A stretch of DNA of 64,000 nucleotides from Cirrosporium novae-zelandiae (lineage: Eukaryota). A program made the position numbers and the translations under genes. The stretch is taken from NCBI GenBank assembly GCA_026023565.1, contig JAPETS010000064.1, positions 1-64,000 of the forward strand. The letters run 5' to 3'. The first letter of the stretch is position 1; each line of letters opens with the position of its first letter. The notes under the pieces were generated by a model that was given only the letters and a program-made list of their open reading frames with translations, was not told the DNA's origin and did no database searches. Below are positions 13,183-27,789 of this stretch, in pieces.

Positions 13183-15785
13183 TTATAGCCTTTCTGAGCA
13201 CTGAGATCTGCAGGCCAATGTTGTAAGGCTTTGAGTTCCACGTCGATCTGGAATGACCAGAAAAGGCTGCCAGCTATCATTGAAAAAATCAGGGGGAAGT
13301 CCTGTTAACGTTATTTTTCCGTTCTCATCTATCAATGCTTGTTCATTGCTGATTGATAATTCTTGACTCAGCTTCCTTGTTTCCATGATTTCGTGATCAC
13401 TAATTCCGGAACTGTCTCTCGGGATCCAGACGATAGGCTTCTTCGCATTCATACAATCAGGCCGAAAGCTTTGATATCGCTTTAGATGGTTATCCGGTCG
13501 AGTAGCATTTTCAGATTTTTTTTCGACTTGGTTGATTTCCTCGACGCGTAATGGTAAAAGTTTGAGAAGGGGTTTATATATCTTCCTTAACTTCATATGG
13601 AAAAGCATGGTTGAAAGAGTGGCAAATATCATTAATGATGCTTGCCCGATGCAGACGATGTTGCCGTCCGAATCACGTACAAGGAAAAATAGGCCAATCA
13701 AACAAAGCTCCATAACATAAATACCAGTAAAAAGTTGCATCAACGCCCTTGGGTAGAGCAAACCACTTGTGTCAGCTTGAAAGACGGTCACACGTAACAT
13801 GTTATGTCTATACACTGCCAAAAATATGATGAAGACCAAAACATCGAATATCAAGATGAGAGGTGCAATGACAGCATAAATGATACCTACGTAACTCATC
13901 AGTATTTATCAAGTCCCTTTGAAAGCTTAACCCACCAATGCAAGCTAAGTTGGTATAAACAGGCAGAAAAGTCCCCTCTTGAATGGTGGGAAGATGTATC
14001 AACCTCATCGCTTTTTGTCGTGCAGTTTTATCACAGAATGGGGCTATCACGAACCATCGGAACAGGTTTCCTGCCTGAATAAGCGCAGCCGCACCCATTG
14101 AGAATGCATGGAGCATCAGATACGAGAAAAAATAGTTGCTAGCTTTGGGGAGATTCGTTGCAAGTACGTTGGGCACGGTATAGATGTCTTGTACAAAGTC
14201 AGCTATCGTCGTGGCAATACCCGAAGATAAAGAAACCGTCAGAAAGACTTGAATAAACAAAAATATAAAATAATAGTTCTGAAGCGAGAGTTCGATGGCT
14301 GGTTGAGTGTAGAGTCCCTGTTGATTCGCGAGAAATCGCAACAACACCGGGACCAATGACATTACGCCGGCTAGCAGAATTTGTGGAAAATATCCTTGAA
14401 TAAAACCAAGTACTCCCGTGGGTAGATGATTCAGCCAGTCAAGCCATGGTATCACTGCAATCATATCGCTAATCTGCGATATCAGACCAGTTAAAGCAAC
14501 CGGTCCGGTCCACCCGATGATCAGTGCAGCAATAACCAATGTGACAAGAATTGTTCGGATCTGACGTTCAAGTTGGCTCATCGTCAGGCTTTTCCAGACA
14601 ATATTTTGGGGTGAAACCCCAACGCATTCGGCTAGCATAGTTTGTGGGCGGTAATCTACCACCGACCGACACGCCATGTGTGCCGCAAGGTGGTCATTGA
14701 ATTGAACGAAGGCAGAATCTACCAACGGTAGCTGTTCCGCTTCTTTTTGCATTTCCTCAATCTCGGCATTAAGCCGGTCTAGCTTTTTGCGGTAATTATC
14801 AATCTGATCAGTCTTTTCTCTCAAAATTGAAAGGCTGAACCTCTTCTGATCATGTTCCAAATAGTTTCCTCGCCAGTGGTGATGATCATCATCATTATCA
14901 ATTGAACGCTTTTCAGATGAGGAATTCAACAAAGCGTCCTGAATAAACTTGGTTTCCGCTCGTTCTAGTTTATAGATAACCTCAGCTCGTTCATCAATCT
15001 TCTCCAATAAATTCCGGAGGTCGCGATTAATCCAGATATCACGAATTCCACCCGGAAATTTGTTGTATAGATTACTCAAAGCCTTGACTGTGAGCAATTC
15101 CTTTGGTATTTTAGTTACTAGTATAGTAGCTGCAAAGGTTTGATGACGTTGAACGGATGGGATAAGATATGCTTGTCGGATGCGAGTGTAGGCACGTAAT
15201 TCACCACATACTGTATAGCATACGTAGACCACTACAGCTAAAGCTGATATGAAATGACCCCAATAACGGACTGTATGCTTATAACCTACATTTGCCCAGC
15301 TTAGTTGATCTAAGCCATAAATGCCGTCAGCAGCACCTTTTCCGCCAATATAATTTAGAGGTACAAGCGTTGGAATAATCACCAAAGCCATAGGCACAAA
15401 TATCTTAAGTATTGTACGCAGATAGCGGAGGAATAAGTATGCGTCCAAACTCAACTGTGACAGCAAAGCGTCATCCTGAGACCCCAGAATGAATGCGATC
15501 CAAGATTGAAGCCATGTCAAGGCCGATCTTCCAACCTTCTTATGCTCGAAAGCTGGAGATGCTTTTGGTTGGCTGAATGATTCAGCATCGCTTATTTTTA
15601 TCCTGCGATTCAGGGACTTACTATATTCTAGAGCAGTGTGTCCTCACTAGCAGGAATAGGATCACTTGTATAACAAAAAGCAACATAGATGTGGTGAGTG
15701 ATGATAGAAAGGAGCTTAATGAAAGGCCCTGATCATTTTGCGCTTTCCCTATCGTAGCGTTCATAGAATCGTTGAAATTTGTCAT
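13183..15785 (-). CDS. DUF221 / CSC1-OSCA-like calcium-permeable mechanosensitive channel
   Basis: First exon MTNFNDS..GKAQNDQGLSLSSF; LDAYLFLRYL, SAFVQFN, LATNLPKASNYFFSY, GLLYPRALMQLFTGIY, PIVWIPRD; many TM segments. Confidence 0.9.
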
Positions 15786-16270
15786 CTGTATGAACGTTAT
15801 TGGCTATTGTAAATCTTTCCACGGCAGATCTCGTAGCGTTCGAGTCGAAGATAGTTCCGATAGCCCAGAATACAGGTTTTAATATTTGGAAAGCTCTACC
15901 AAAATATTTCAGGCAACGTACTGCACAATTTTTGAAGAAAGACTGCGTGTTTTGTTCGAAGATGGGAAGTGTAGATAATAGTAGTCTTAACAAAAAGGCA
16001 GCATCAGATGAGCAGCCACCCCTGGCGGGGTATCCATATGAGGAGGGCCTCAATATCAGAATGACCATACAAATTCGAAAGCCATCAACATTAGCAAGGT
16101 ACTTGTATTAAAAGGATAGTAATATGATCGGGTCTACTATAAGGACCATTTTATAGACTGTCTTGAACTGGGACTCATATTCTCATCTGCCATTCACTGA
16201 TAATAATCTTCACTCGGCTTTACGTATTTTCTACAGCTTACTTTATCTTGACGCTCAGAAATTAACCAAT

Positions 16271-17242
16271 ATGCATTCAATGGTCTTTCCTTTGCACCTT
16301 ATAGCGGCCTTAAGCTCCTCAATTGGCTGTTATGCTATTTCATCCAGTGAGATCCTATCAGCTCATCGTTATACCGAGACTTATTTACCTTTAACTAAGT
16401 CCGGGTCGGTGAGTATCTGGCCAGATTATGTTAGTTTGCCTTCGGATTCTTCGGTAGCGACAGGACTTGATACGCTGGATAGTCGGGTGAAACGACACTT
16501 TCTTTCTCGAAATTCCCTCTCCGGATCACAGTTCAGTCACACCACCAGCTGTGGCAGTATCCAAACTGGGAGCTCCTGGAAAATTAGTGGTACTACTGAC
16601 GTGCTTGATTCTGGGTCTATGGTCTCTGATTTCTGCGATTGTACATCCACACCAGCATGCAGTATATCTAGCGGAGTCAACTCTTCAGCTTTTGCTTCCA
16701 CAGCGGAAGGCTCGTCCCCATCCAAGTCGGCAACTGTGACTTCTCTATTTCCAGCAGTCAATGCATCCTCTGTATCCCAATCCGCTCAGATACCCTCAAC
16801 TATCACTGTATCGGAGGCTGGTGCATCTAATTCCCAGTCGATCCTCACTTCTTCATCCAAGATCACGAGAGCCAAAACGACGACATCCACAGCATCTTCA
16901 CAATACACGCAACCCGCAAATTGCACCAATACTAGCCAGAACAGTCAATGGAATATCACGGGTTATGATCTAGGCTGTGACGAGAGTGCTAATATTGTTT
17001 TCTTATTACCCTCGTGTAGTGGTACAGTCTCTTGTGCAAATGTGACGGAAGGATTCTGCAATTTTGAATTCTTTATGAACAGTGATGAAGGACCTCAATA
17101 CAGGGTATACACGTTCTCACATCTTAACTGCTTATATGATGAAGACTCTCCTTTGTATGTGACTGAGCCAGGGACGACGGGGTGTGGAGGGTTCACTGGA
17201 CTATATTATTCTTATAACATTACCTTGTATAACGATGACTGA
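16271..17242 (+). CDS. Putative secreted Ser/Thr-rich protein with Cys-containing C-terminal domain
   Basis: Intronless ORF; hydrophobic leader MHSMVFPLHLIAALSSSIGCYA; S/T-rich middle; several Cys near the C-terminus. Confidence 0.6.
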   Translation: MHSMVFPLHLIAALSSSIGCYAISSSEILSAHRYTETYLPLTKSGSVSIWPDYVSLPSDSSVATGLDTLDSRVKRHFLSRNSLSGSQFSHTTSCGSIQTGSSWKISGTTDVLDSGSMVSDFCDCTSTPACSISSGVNSSAFASTAEGSSPSKSATVTSLFPAVNASSVSQSAQIPSTITVSEAGASNSQSILTSSSKITRAKTTTSTASSQYTQPANCTNTSQNSQWNITGYDLGCDESANIVFLLPSCSGTVSCANVTEGFCNFEFFMNSDEGPQYRVYTFSHLNCLYDEDSPLYVTEPGTTGCGGFTGLYYSYNITLYNDD

Positions 17243-17671
17243 GGGTATTATAGCGAACTCATCAAGAGAAAAACAATATGAGGCGAAGTACATCAGCTGG
17301 ACTGGTTAGAATGATACAATCTCGTTTCCATTTTTCTGCTTCTTCTTTCTCCATGTATATATCACCTACATGTGAGAGATCTTGGAATAACTATTCGCCA
17401 CATGCTGGCAAGTGCGACAGCGACTTGGTTTCCACTTGTAAAATTATAGATTTTAGAAATTGAACAGAACTCACTAGAGCAAGACAAAATTAAATGTTTA
17501 TAGAAGTGTCATCACTCCAGGTTCTTGGAACCGCAGCTTTGATTTCACTTCCAGGGCGAACGTCAAACACAAGATGACGAAAGCTGCACCAGTAACTGAA
17601 GCTCTTATCTTTTAGAATGTGAAGGATTTTCGATGTGAAGGATTTTTGAGATCTGCCGTAAAAATTGATTG

Positions 17672-18309
17672 ATGATGATGATTCATTTTATTGTCCATAT
17701 GGTCACCTTTAGGCGATGACGGGCATCGCTAAAGGGGCTTTCCGGCTACTCTTCGCAACCTTTGCGCCCTCAGCGCCCCCGTATGGATACTATCTATTAC
17801 GCGGGGTTGTGGGGATAATCCCCTCGCCTAGGTTTGACACCCAGCCCATGATCCTAAAGACAAAATGAAACGTCGCATGAGGACCTAGCCAGGTCCTTCT
17901 TAGCGCCCTTTTGAGTGGGATATTCCTATCCTAAGCAGCAATTTTTTCTGCTTTGCTCTGAGCTATCCAGAACTTTTCCACCTGCGCCGCCTACGTGGTC
18001 CCCAATTGAGGTACGCCTCACTGGCTTCCCTTTGGGCTCTTGCTCAGTATTGGGGCTTCCCTACCTCTGTGGTCTCGAGGTATTTCAACCACACTTTCCA
18101 CAGCCTGTGGGCTTTTAGCAGCACCGCCAGCTCTTTCCTATCTGCCACACAAGGCTACCATATCCTTCGCTTTTCCGCTGCAGCTCGCATGGGTTCCTTA
18201 GCCGTTTTCTGTTTAGGACAAGCTATAATGAATTGAAGGACGTTTTGATATGGAGCGCCACACTACTAGCATTTGGGAGACGTATTTGCCTCAGTACGGT
18301 ACATATATT
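17672..18309 (-). mobile_element. 5'-truncated non-LTR retrotransposon (LINE) 3' fragment with TSD
   Basis: Minus strand reads YMYR..SPKC**CGAPYQNVLQFIIACP (degenerate ORF2 zinc knuckle) ..KYLETTEVG, then AATAAAATGAATCATCATCATC tail. Flanked by CGTAAAAA(T/C)TGATTG at 17657-17671 and 18310-18324. Confidence 0.85.
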
Positions 18310-19279
18310 CGTAAAAACTGATTGGAATTCTGAAACCTGATCGTATTATCGAAGGGGTGTTTCAGTGACACTATCAAAATTGGAGGGGTGCCTGTTACGG
18401 CAGAATTAACGGCGAAAGGCATCCCCTCAATTGATGAATGGGGGGTCTATTTGTGTCTGGAGGTCATAAGTGGATGGGCGACAAATTATGAGGATCTCTA
18501 TTCTGTTGAAATATTTTATTGAAATATCTCGCCGGTTAGTCGTTAGAATCTAGTAGTTATAATCATTGACGTCTGTCTACATACATCCACACCAAAATAT
18601 CTGAATTATCGAATTTAAGTTGTGTTGAATATGTGTTATATTGTTTTATTCATCAATGCAGATAATCAACGTGTCGAAGCTGCGATGTCCCGAATCAAGG
18701 AAAACAGAAGGCGATTAATCACTAAGTGGTTGCCATTCAAAAAGAGGCAATCGATGGAGGATAATGCCCCTCCACCGTACAAATATGAGTTCGTGCCTCG
18801 TCTCAACATCAAATCCACAGAACAACATCGCATCCACTGAAAGCGGGGGTGATTATGGATCTTTCATTCGAATTAGAGGAAATAAAACGGCTGGAACTGA
18901 AATAGCATCAATGAAGACGTTAAATTGTTCATCTATAGCTGCTCAATGAAGCTTAACACAAGTCAGGGGAGGAACATTATTAGTTGCATTCACGAAATTT
19001 CTAGCAATTATTATCCTGCTCTGGGCTGACAAGACTCCCACGTCATATTCTCGTTACATTTCACAAGCGGATTGGGCATCCATCATCATCCCTACTTCAT
19101 CGTAGGTCTCAATCCATCTCGGCAGAAGTGAAATGAGATCAGTTCGTCTATTATCCATGAAAATTCCATTCCCAGCCTGAGGTCTGAGGGATGTCAGAGG
19201 AAAAGAATCTCACATTAAATAGAACAATGCTATAGAAATATATTCCAATCGATTCCTAAGCGATCTCAGCGAAACCTAC

Positions 19280-19737
19280 ACTTGACGGATTCTCTTCACT
19301 CTCCAATTTTCTACTCCTGTCCATTTTCTTTTCTGGTTCGGCGAAAGCTCCCGAAGCGCATCAACCTTTTTCGAGCTTCGTTTTCCGGATTTTTGGAGAC
19401 TCGTGAAAATGATTTTTTGAATCTGATCTCGGACTTGACTCTTAGTTCGAGGAGATGGAAGACTCTGGCTTGACATTCATTTCTTTTTTGCTTGTCTATG
19501 CCGGTTTGGTGTATCCATAGTATCTGGCCCATTATCCGATCCACTCGAAGATTCTGGAGTATCGCTCCGGACAACCGCCGGCGAGTCACGTCTATTGCAG
19601 CCACCGGAGTCTTTTGATGTGAAAGATTTATCGGTTTGGATGGTAAGGGGTTTAGAAAGGAGAGTATGACAGATCTCAAGATATTCTGCTTGGCGTAGGA
19701 GTTCTTGGAGATGCTCAACGGTAGGATTGTCCGACAT
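19280..19737 (-). pseudogene. Internally deleted remnant of a fungal accessory gene (EYLxxCH..L.IQTD-type N-terminus)
   Basis: MSDNPTVEHLQELLRQAEYLEICHTLLSKPLTIQTDKSFTSKD resembles N-termini of long repeat-associated fungal proteins, but the frame ends after about 86 aa. Confidence 0.35.
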
Positions 19738-21176
19738 GATCAAAGCAAAGCGTAAGGTGACAATAACTATAAACCAAGTTTGTGCCTTTGTTAGCCAATA
19801 ATCAAAGCAAATGGGAAAGTCTCCATCTCTGACGGGAGCACATCAGAGTTGGGTTGTGAAAGGCAATCTGTGATATAGGATGGAACGGAGGTCCGGCGAG
19901 ATTGATAGTTTTTATCTAGTACTAGAACATGCAAAACCGTAGTTGGGTCAACTCAAACCAAATAAACTATCGCCCGTTCGAGTAAAATATACTTCTACGT
20001 TTTACTAACGGCGATAAAACAATAACGATTCTTTAGAATAAAGGTTTACGTGATACTAACGATCTTGTTTGTCCTTTGGCAAAAGTGCCATAGGGACAAA
20101 GCTATTAGAGCCACGCTTCTGCTTCATCCGACTAATCCCTCACGTTGTCAGCTTGTCTACCAATAATTGTGTGGATCAACTTTACAGTAGTATCCGATGA
20201 GGTATTTTTACATCAAGCTTTATGAAAGGTCCCTAACACCTTGTTTTCTGCTAGCAAAATTGAAATTGACAAACTCTACCGTCACGTTCATCCATAATAT
20301 TCAACCCGACAGAGACTGAAGGATATTACTCATAACCATCCAAGAGCTTCGAAAGGCATGTCATATCCTTACAGTGATTGCATTGATAACATTTATTATA
20401 GTTTCAGGCTCAAATCCTTGCAGTCTCAGAGAAGCTGGTTCAACAAGCTCCACAATGTATTCTCGACGTTCTTGATTATGTACGTAGTCGACTCCTTTAA
20501 AGAGAAGATGACTTGCAAGCATCTATTCACATCAGCAATTATCAACTCATTTCCTATCGTCAATATGTTCATATCGACAAAGACATCTTCTAATTAATCA
20601 CTAGTATCCAAAGCAATGGAAATCAGATAATTATTATTTATGCGGAGATGATGAAAGACATCGGTTCTTAGGAAATCGTTATTACCATCTCGCCTCTTTC
20701 CGACAAATTTTGGAGGATTCTGACCCTTCCTTGCTTATGAGTCCCAGAGCTCCGGTTTCATTTGCCTATTATACTCTTTACTGTTAAAGCAGAAACAAGG
20801 AGCAGCGGACCTCTACGATCATTCACACAGTTATGACGTGGCTCTCCAAAATCGTGGATGCGTTGGAGAAGACGACATATACTGATGAAGTGGACAAGAC
20901 AATGACAAAAAAATTTGTTGAAAAATCTTATTGATCGTCCGCCAAAGTAGGTCTTGGGCTCGGATGACGTATAGATTTGGTTCGTCGATTCTACTTTTTC
21001 TATGATCTTCAGTGAAATACACGAGTCCCTCATTTCGATGATCAAAAGCTAACTTTCAGATTCCTAAGATTGCAGTTTCGTTCACATGATGCCAAAAAAT
21101 TCTTGTATATTCTTTCCCGGATACGTCCTTCACTCCCTCACAAGACACCTTATTCTCGTAATCTCTTGACCCTCAA

Positions 21177-23469
21177 TCATCCAACATTGTGGTGAAGACA
21201 CCATGCTCGAAATGAATGTCCGAATGCTTCAATTTCATCAACTTGATTTTTCCCACCAAAAAAGATTACTCTTTCGTAGTCAGGATCAGAGGAGTTGGCC
21301 ATTTCATAAACCTTAGATACCTGGACCGTCTTGAGATGGTCATTTTTTAAAATGGCCAATGTCTGTTCTTTACTGTCCAATTCTGGGAAATGACCTCCTG
21401 CTACGAGTCTAGCTTGCTCCTGAATCAAATTTTCCTCGTTTAGTACTTTCATATATCTCCCGGTCTTGAATTGGAAAAAGGCAACTTGAGTTTCCCGGAG
21501 GCATTGCGTTGACAAATCTCTTAATTGTCTCGTGACGGCAGCCTCTGTCGTAGGAGGTCCTTGGTCCACCGAAACAATAACTTCTTCTGGATTAGATGGG
21601 ACCAAGGAACTATTAATCGCTGCTTCATTTTCACGTTCACTTCTACAACCACTTAAAACTTCCATGCCTTCGTCTTCCATATTTTGATCCTCATTATCTC
21701 CAAAAGCTTGGCCTTCCTGTGGAACTTCGCTATCTAGGAGGGATTCAATATCGGAGACTGTTTCAGGAATCAGATTGCCTGAAGGAAAGGGCGGGGAAGC
21801 TTCGTGGCCAAAAAAAGCATGAAATATATCATGTTTGACTGCAAATGATGTGATTTTTTCACGTGGACTCTCAGTTGGATGGTAATCCATCCATTTGAGA
21901 AATAAATATTTTTTATCGCATCGATAACTACTCATTCGTGGCATCCCACATCTTTCATCCACAGGCGCACCTCCAGTATCCACACTTAGCTGAGGAGAAT
22001 TGAGGACGTTATATTCACGAGTATCATGCATCGGCGCATGGCGAGCTTCCCGAATCTTCTCGGATCGAAACCCAAGGTCGAAAGCTAAATTCGCAAAATC
22101 GCTCCAACAACCGTCATTGGGCTCCTTGATCATTGGTTTAGGTTGACCTGGATCTCTTAAAGGACTAATACCAATCATATCGGGATAATGTCGCATACAG
22201 AATAACCAAAGGGCATGATAATCGAGAAGTCTTTTTTTTTCAACGGATTCTATTATTTCTGAACCTTCCTTGATTAAACGTTCACTTAGATCATCTCTGC
22301 TTGTATAGATTTTGAAATACTCCCGCTGAATTGAACTCTGGAACTTTTCAGGCAGCATTGCTTTCATAATCTTTGCACATGGTTCCAGGTAAATCGTATT
22401 TTTTTGGAAGGTATGTAAAGAAGGTATTATGTATGGTATATTCAAGATTTGCGAGAGAATTTCCGATCGATGGTTTGGATTTTTCACTCGCTTGAAGATT
22501 TTGTTGCTACTCATCAGCCTCTGGACCGAAGTACGGTCTGCTCGGCAAGAATTGGGTGCCAGACATTGTAAGTATTCTACAGTTTGTGCATCCACAAGCG
22601 CTTTCCAATCCGTTTGATGACAGATAATTGCAGACCACGTGTTTAAGATAAGTTCGAGATAGTGAATGATCTCCTAGCAAATATATGGTCAGCATGAATA
22701 CGTGCAGCGTGAAGCGGATAATATACTTCTTGGCAATGTAATGGGAGTATCCGATTCAGAGTCCCCAACTTCAAGGCCGGCCACAACCCATAGAAAGGCA
22801 GCAAAGCATCAAATGTTTGGATTAACTGATGATTCTTTTTAAGCTGCCGATAGTTTGACAGCTTTTTTGCGCTGAGACGAGCCTTCCATTTCTTTATGCC
22901 CCACTTGTTACCATGTCTATCATAATAACGAAGCTTCTGATATATATCCCCATCCGAAAATGCCTTAGAATTCGCATATTCTTCGCAGATCTGTGTTTGT
23001 ACAGCATCTGAAATATCTATACACTCATCAGTGAAAGACAGCTTACAATCTATACGCAATACTGACCAGACGTATATAAATCTACAGTCCACCATTGATC
23101 TCCCGGCCTTAAAAAAGTCCGTGCGGCATAGATTCGATGTCGACCGTGCAAACAAGATAATTTCATCCAATTAGGTATGGCGAGATAGTATGGTTCCGTT
23201 TGTGGCTTGAGAAGGTCGGTTGGGCTTACATTAGATTTTTGCAACACCAGATTCAAATCCTCGTCGTTGATGAGAGCAGGGACATGATGCTCCGGTTCTA
23301 ATCGATTACAACCTTGTTCACTTTTGAACACGTTAATTAGACGAGATATGTTGGCATAATCGAGCTCCCGTACTAGACGTTTAAATTGGAGATGCTGTAA
23401 GTCTATACGTGCTGTCCCGCGAAAGCAGGATTGCTTTTCTTTGTAAATCTGGTCGGTTGAACTGGCCAT
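21177..23469 (-). CDS. DUF3723 protein (Starship accessory gene), 2 introns
   Basis: FRGTARIDL, GCNRLEPEHHVPALI, CLHGRHRIYAA, WWTVDLY, EEYANSKAFSDGDIY, FDALLPFYGLW, IPSLHTF, LWLFCMRHY, RCGMP; three ORFs joined by GT-AG introns. Confidence 0.9.
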
Positions 23470-23693
23470 GCTGCAAAGATGGAGATAATTTTGAGATTGG
23501 TTTTTTGCTGAATTGTTACCTCTTTTGTAGGGGGGTACCCGTCCAGTTTTGATGGCAGGCGATATTGTGGTTACACCCTCAGCATTCGGTGGACCTCTAT
23601 CATTTGGACCATATAATTAGCTATCAGGAAACAAAGAATCTGGCGTTGTTGAAAAGAATGTCAATACTCTTCTCTCTTTTGTCCTCAACAATT

Positions 23694-26600
23694 ATGGTGA
23701 GTTGTATACACGTTCAATGGTTGCAGATATCAGAGGAGAAGAAGCAAGGGAATCACAGTTGGTTGTTGACGTATGGAGCTCGTCTTGATCAAATCATTAA
23801 AGGGTTACCTTATCCTGCCGAACAACATCCGACATTGATTTTCTTCTCCGGCAAAAAAGTCAAGACGGAAGCACTCCAAGCCCTTTACCGCGACAACAAC
23901 ATCTTAAGACGTCGAGGTCATGGTATCGCAAATCTCTATATCGACCAAAAATCGACCAGCGGCATATATCCAACGTTGTTTGCCGATAGCAATCCTGATG
24001 ACAAATCTGTTGAAGCCATCCACTGCGATGGCTGCCACGAGATAACCCAACTCCGAATCCCAAATGGGGCTGAAGACCTGAATTATCAGGATCTTGTTAA
24101 CGCCATTCATGCTCGACTATTCTTTATTTTTACAGATGTTCTTTGTTTGTTCGCTGATGATTATGGTGGTTTGACAAACACTATTAACCAGCTACAGGCA
24201 TGGGCTCAATATAGTTCATCCACTCTTCCAGTTCGACCCCGAGTCATTATTATTACTTCTGAAATTAATCCCGGAGAACTCGCCATTGAGTCATCTCCAT
24301 CCTTTCAACGGTTTTTCTCATCCTGCAAACTTTTACCTCTTCCACACAGAAACCAGTTGTCAAGATCTTCGGCGTACCTGCCGCTCCAGGAGGCGATTTC
24401 GAAAGAGGCTGACAGTGCACGGGATGCTCGAATTCGATCCCATACCCTGTTCTCTGCTGTTCACTTCAGTGCACTCTTCGATCGTGCGTACAAGCACATT
24501 GCATCGATTGTTGATCAACCGTTCGATTATATCCAAGCATGCCGAGAAAGAAATATCGTGACGGAAGATTTCACCACACATCTTAACACTTTTGAGCAAG
24601 CATGTCTGGTAAACGATATTTCTGAGGAAGCCTTTGTGACATTCATAGCTTCCGTCATCCTTCTCGACAGCTATCCTCCACATATGCCTCGTAAGCTATT
24701 AAAAACACCAACCTATTTTGTGAGCCACGACGTTATTAATAATTTCTTGACAGACCTTGACCCAACGGCCATCTTCCAACAGATATACGAAAATTTCTGT
24801 TTAAATGCTATCCACAGCCATTATCCCCCAGTTCGAGCACAGGTTCTCTGTCAATCTATTAAAAATCGTCTCGTGGCCTTATTCCAACGGATTGAAGTAG
24901 GTGGCCGTGCTTCTGAAGTGCACCGTGAAAACCTCCAACCCTGGTCTGCATCTTGGGCCGCCCTCAAGAGCACGAAAACGTGTTTCTTCTGCCTTCGCCG
25001 TAGCCCTGAACATATTCTTGCCTGTGAACATGGCATCTGTGACACCTGCGTCCGTATTTTCGGTGTACCCCAAAAAGGCAATCCGTATTGTTATGACTTC
25101 ACCGAGTGCATTTTATGCATGAAACAGATGGATATGTCGGTAAATTTAAAACCACCAACTGCTGAGCCACGTCTGCTATGCATTGACGGAGGAGGCACAC
25201 GAGGTGTTGTTGCACTGGAATTTCTCGAAGCCCTTCAACAAATTTTAAATCTGCCTTACCCTCTTCAGGAACATTTTGACTGCGCTTTTGGTACTAGTTC
25301 AGGTTTGCCACAACGGGCCGTCCAATCATTCCCCTTTATTAATTGCCTGTAGGTGGTCTTCTTGTTCTCAAATTATTCATTCAAAATTCGAGTGTGGAGA
25401 GCTGCAAGTCCGATTTCAATAAATTCGCCAAACGTGTTTTTTTTCAAAATTTTGGTTGGGATAGAACGTTTTTTGGTCGTTTCAACCGCTTCGTGATTTC
25501 TCTCCTTTCTGATAGCCACTATGACCCTATAATTATGGAGAGATGCTTGCAGGAGAATTTTGGAACAAATCGCCGCCTGTTTGGTGTTATGACCTCGAAA
25601 CCGTCTGGTACCAAAGTCGCAGTCACCGCAACCACCATTACCAACGCTAAGCTCTGTCTCTTCACCAATTACAATGGAACTGGAAATCGTGGAGCTGATC
25701 TAGGTAGATACTATTTTCATTTCTGTACCTTTTGTCTCTTCAATAATGTCCTTGACGATATGACTATAGGCTACAAAATACTCCGACCGGAGAATCCTGC
25801 AGATGAAATTATGGTCTGGGAAGCGTATGTCCTTCTATCTTGCTGCTTTGGCTCTCATACTGACCGTTCAGGAAGTGCTAGATGTACTTCAGCTGCCCCA
25901 TGGTAAGCTGCAAGCATGAGAGCTCTAGTTATTCGTTCACACCCAGACTAACCAGTATAAGGTATTTTTCTCCTTATCTTTCTAAATTTGGACCATTGCA
26001 GGACGGAGGCTTGAGATGTAATAATCCCATCGATATTCAACTACAAGAAATGTTTCAAATCTGGCCGATGGATTCAAAACCGGACATTGTGGTTTCCGTC
26101 GGCACCGGTTTCTCCCCCCAACCCATATCACCCAAAGTACCCCTTATCAGAGGCATCTTTCACGATGGCTTTATTCCACGACTGTTCCGAGCTTGGAAAT
26201 GGTCTCCTTCCATGGACGGCCAGATTAGCTGGAATGATCATGTCAATCGTTTAGATGAAATAATGAGGAATAATCATTTTCGGCTCAACTCTGCATTACA
26301 AGGAGAGGAACCAGGCCTTGACGATGTGGATAGAATGGAAGAACTTCGCCATAGTGTGACCCATTATCTTTTTACGCATGATGATTTATACGCTGTTGTT
26401 AGGGCACTGTGGGCTACAGCATTCTATTTTGAACTCGACGATCTTCCATTATTTTCCAGAGGTACCTACAGATGCTATGGGTCGATATTGAGCCGCAGCC
26501 CTGATAGTCACGCGCTTATCAATGAAATGATTCGATCATTTCCAGCGGCTCGTTTTGTGACTGATGACAAAATCACTCTGGGTATCCTGAATTACCAGGA

Positions 26601-26907
26601 TGGATGCGAGACATGCGGTTATTTCAGGAAGCATGTCGTATTTGATATTCAGCATCTCGACGAAGACATCTCCATTTATTTAACTCTGAACAATTTATTC
26701 TCTCGAAGGATCAGCGGATTTCCTCATCCGATTTCTTGGTTCGTACAGCAACAAATGTTAGATACAAAATTTGGCACGCCAGACCATCAAACAATTGATC
26801 TACCACTCTATCGTCATTGTCGATGTTCTAGCCGTTGCGAAAGGGCTGGACGGAAAAGGACTATTTCATATGATATTCTGCCTTCTTCCAAGAGACTTCG
26901 ACATTGA
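23694..26907 (+). CDS. Patatin-like phospholipase (Starship PLP type) with Cys-rich central region, multi-intron
   Basis: IDGGGTRG, GTSSG nucleophile elbow, ARCTSAAP, QDGG; CFFC..CEH..CDTC..CILC; divergent from DUF3723. Confidence 0.9.
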
Positions 26908-27789
26908 ATACTTAGTTTTCCTTGTTAGTACAAGCTTTTCTGATATGAAACCTTGATAAAAATTCTGTAAATTTAGGCTAATTATGTTTATAGTCTCTGT
27001 AACACTCACCTTTGAACAAGATAATGAATGATGTTTTTAAGCATTACGGAAAAATATATGTAAAAATCATAAGTAAAAGCTTTACAATTTAGATTTGTGA
27101 ATCGTAGTTATGCTAGGACTTGAGCTCTAGGCTTCCCGCAAATAAAAATTTTTTGAAGTAGCTTCTGATGTAATTCACATCCTTACAATGCTACTATCCC
27201 CGGTTTTTCCCACGTGTAGCCTAACTCTAGCCCACACCCTAGGTTTACAATGTTTTTTTTATGTAAGAATCTCGAACTCGGCACTTAATTTTGAGAAATA
27301 AGTTACAACAAAGACCATTTGTCAACTTCCTATAATCATAACTTGGTATTAGTTTTCGGCAACCGCTGAAAGACAATTCCACAACGATCGCATCGGTAAA
27401 TAGGGGGGGGTAAGGTTCATTACGCATTTTCGGAAAAACTTCCGTAATCTATTAGCCTATGGGTACCTGACTGCGCTTTGACTCAACTGATTGTACCGAG
27501 TTTTGCCGATTACGCTAGCACAAATCATTCCAAGGGATAATTTCCATGAAATTCTAAAATGCTACCTCACAACAGTCTCACCATCATGCCATTCCAAAAA
27601 GTTACGAAGCACAATATTCACTTCAATTATACTACTCCTATAAGTATTAATCTATGATCAATACGCATAAAAGAAACCCCAGAGATAATTGAAGAGCTGA
27701 GATTTTGCAGCAAATGCCCTAAGAATTAATAATCCCACAGTATTGTTGACACTCAACTACCCCATGAAATGCTGTGCCACAGAATGCTA

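Noticed and set aside
1..21000. Left Starship boundary inside the window
   Set aside because: GTAA sites are frequent but none adjoins the expected AT-rich repeat remainder, and the polar 12-mer continues to at least 6475.
20300..21100. Short overlapping ORFs
   Set aside because: No family motifs and no coherent gene model.
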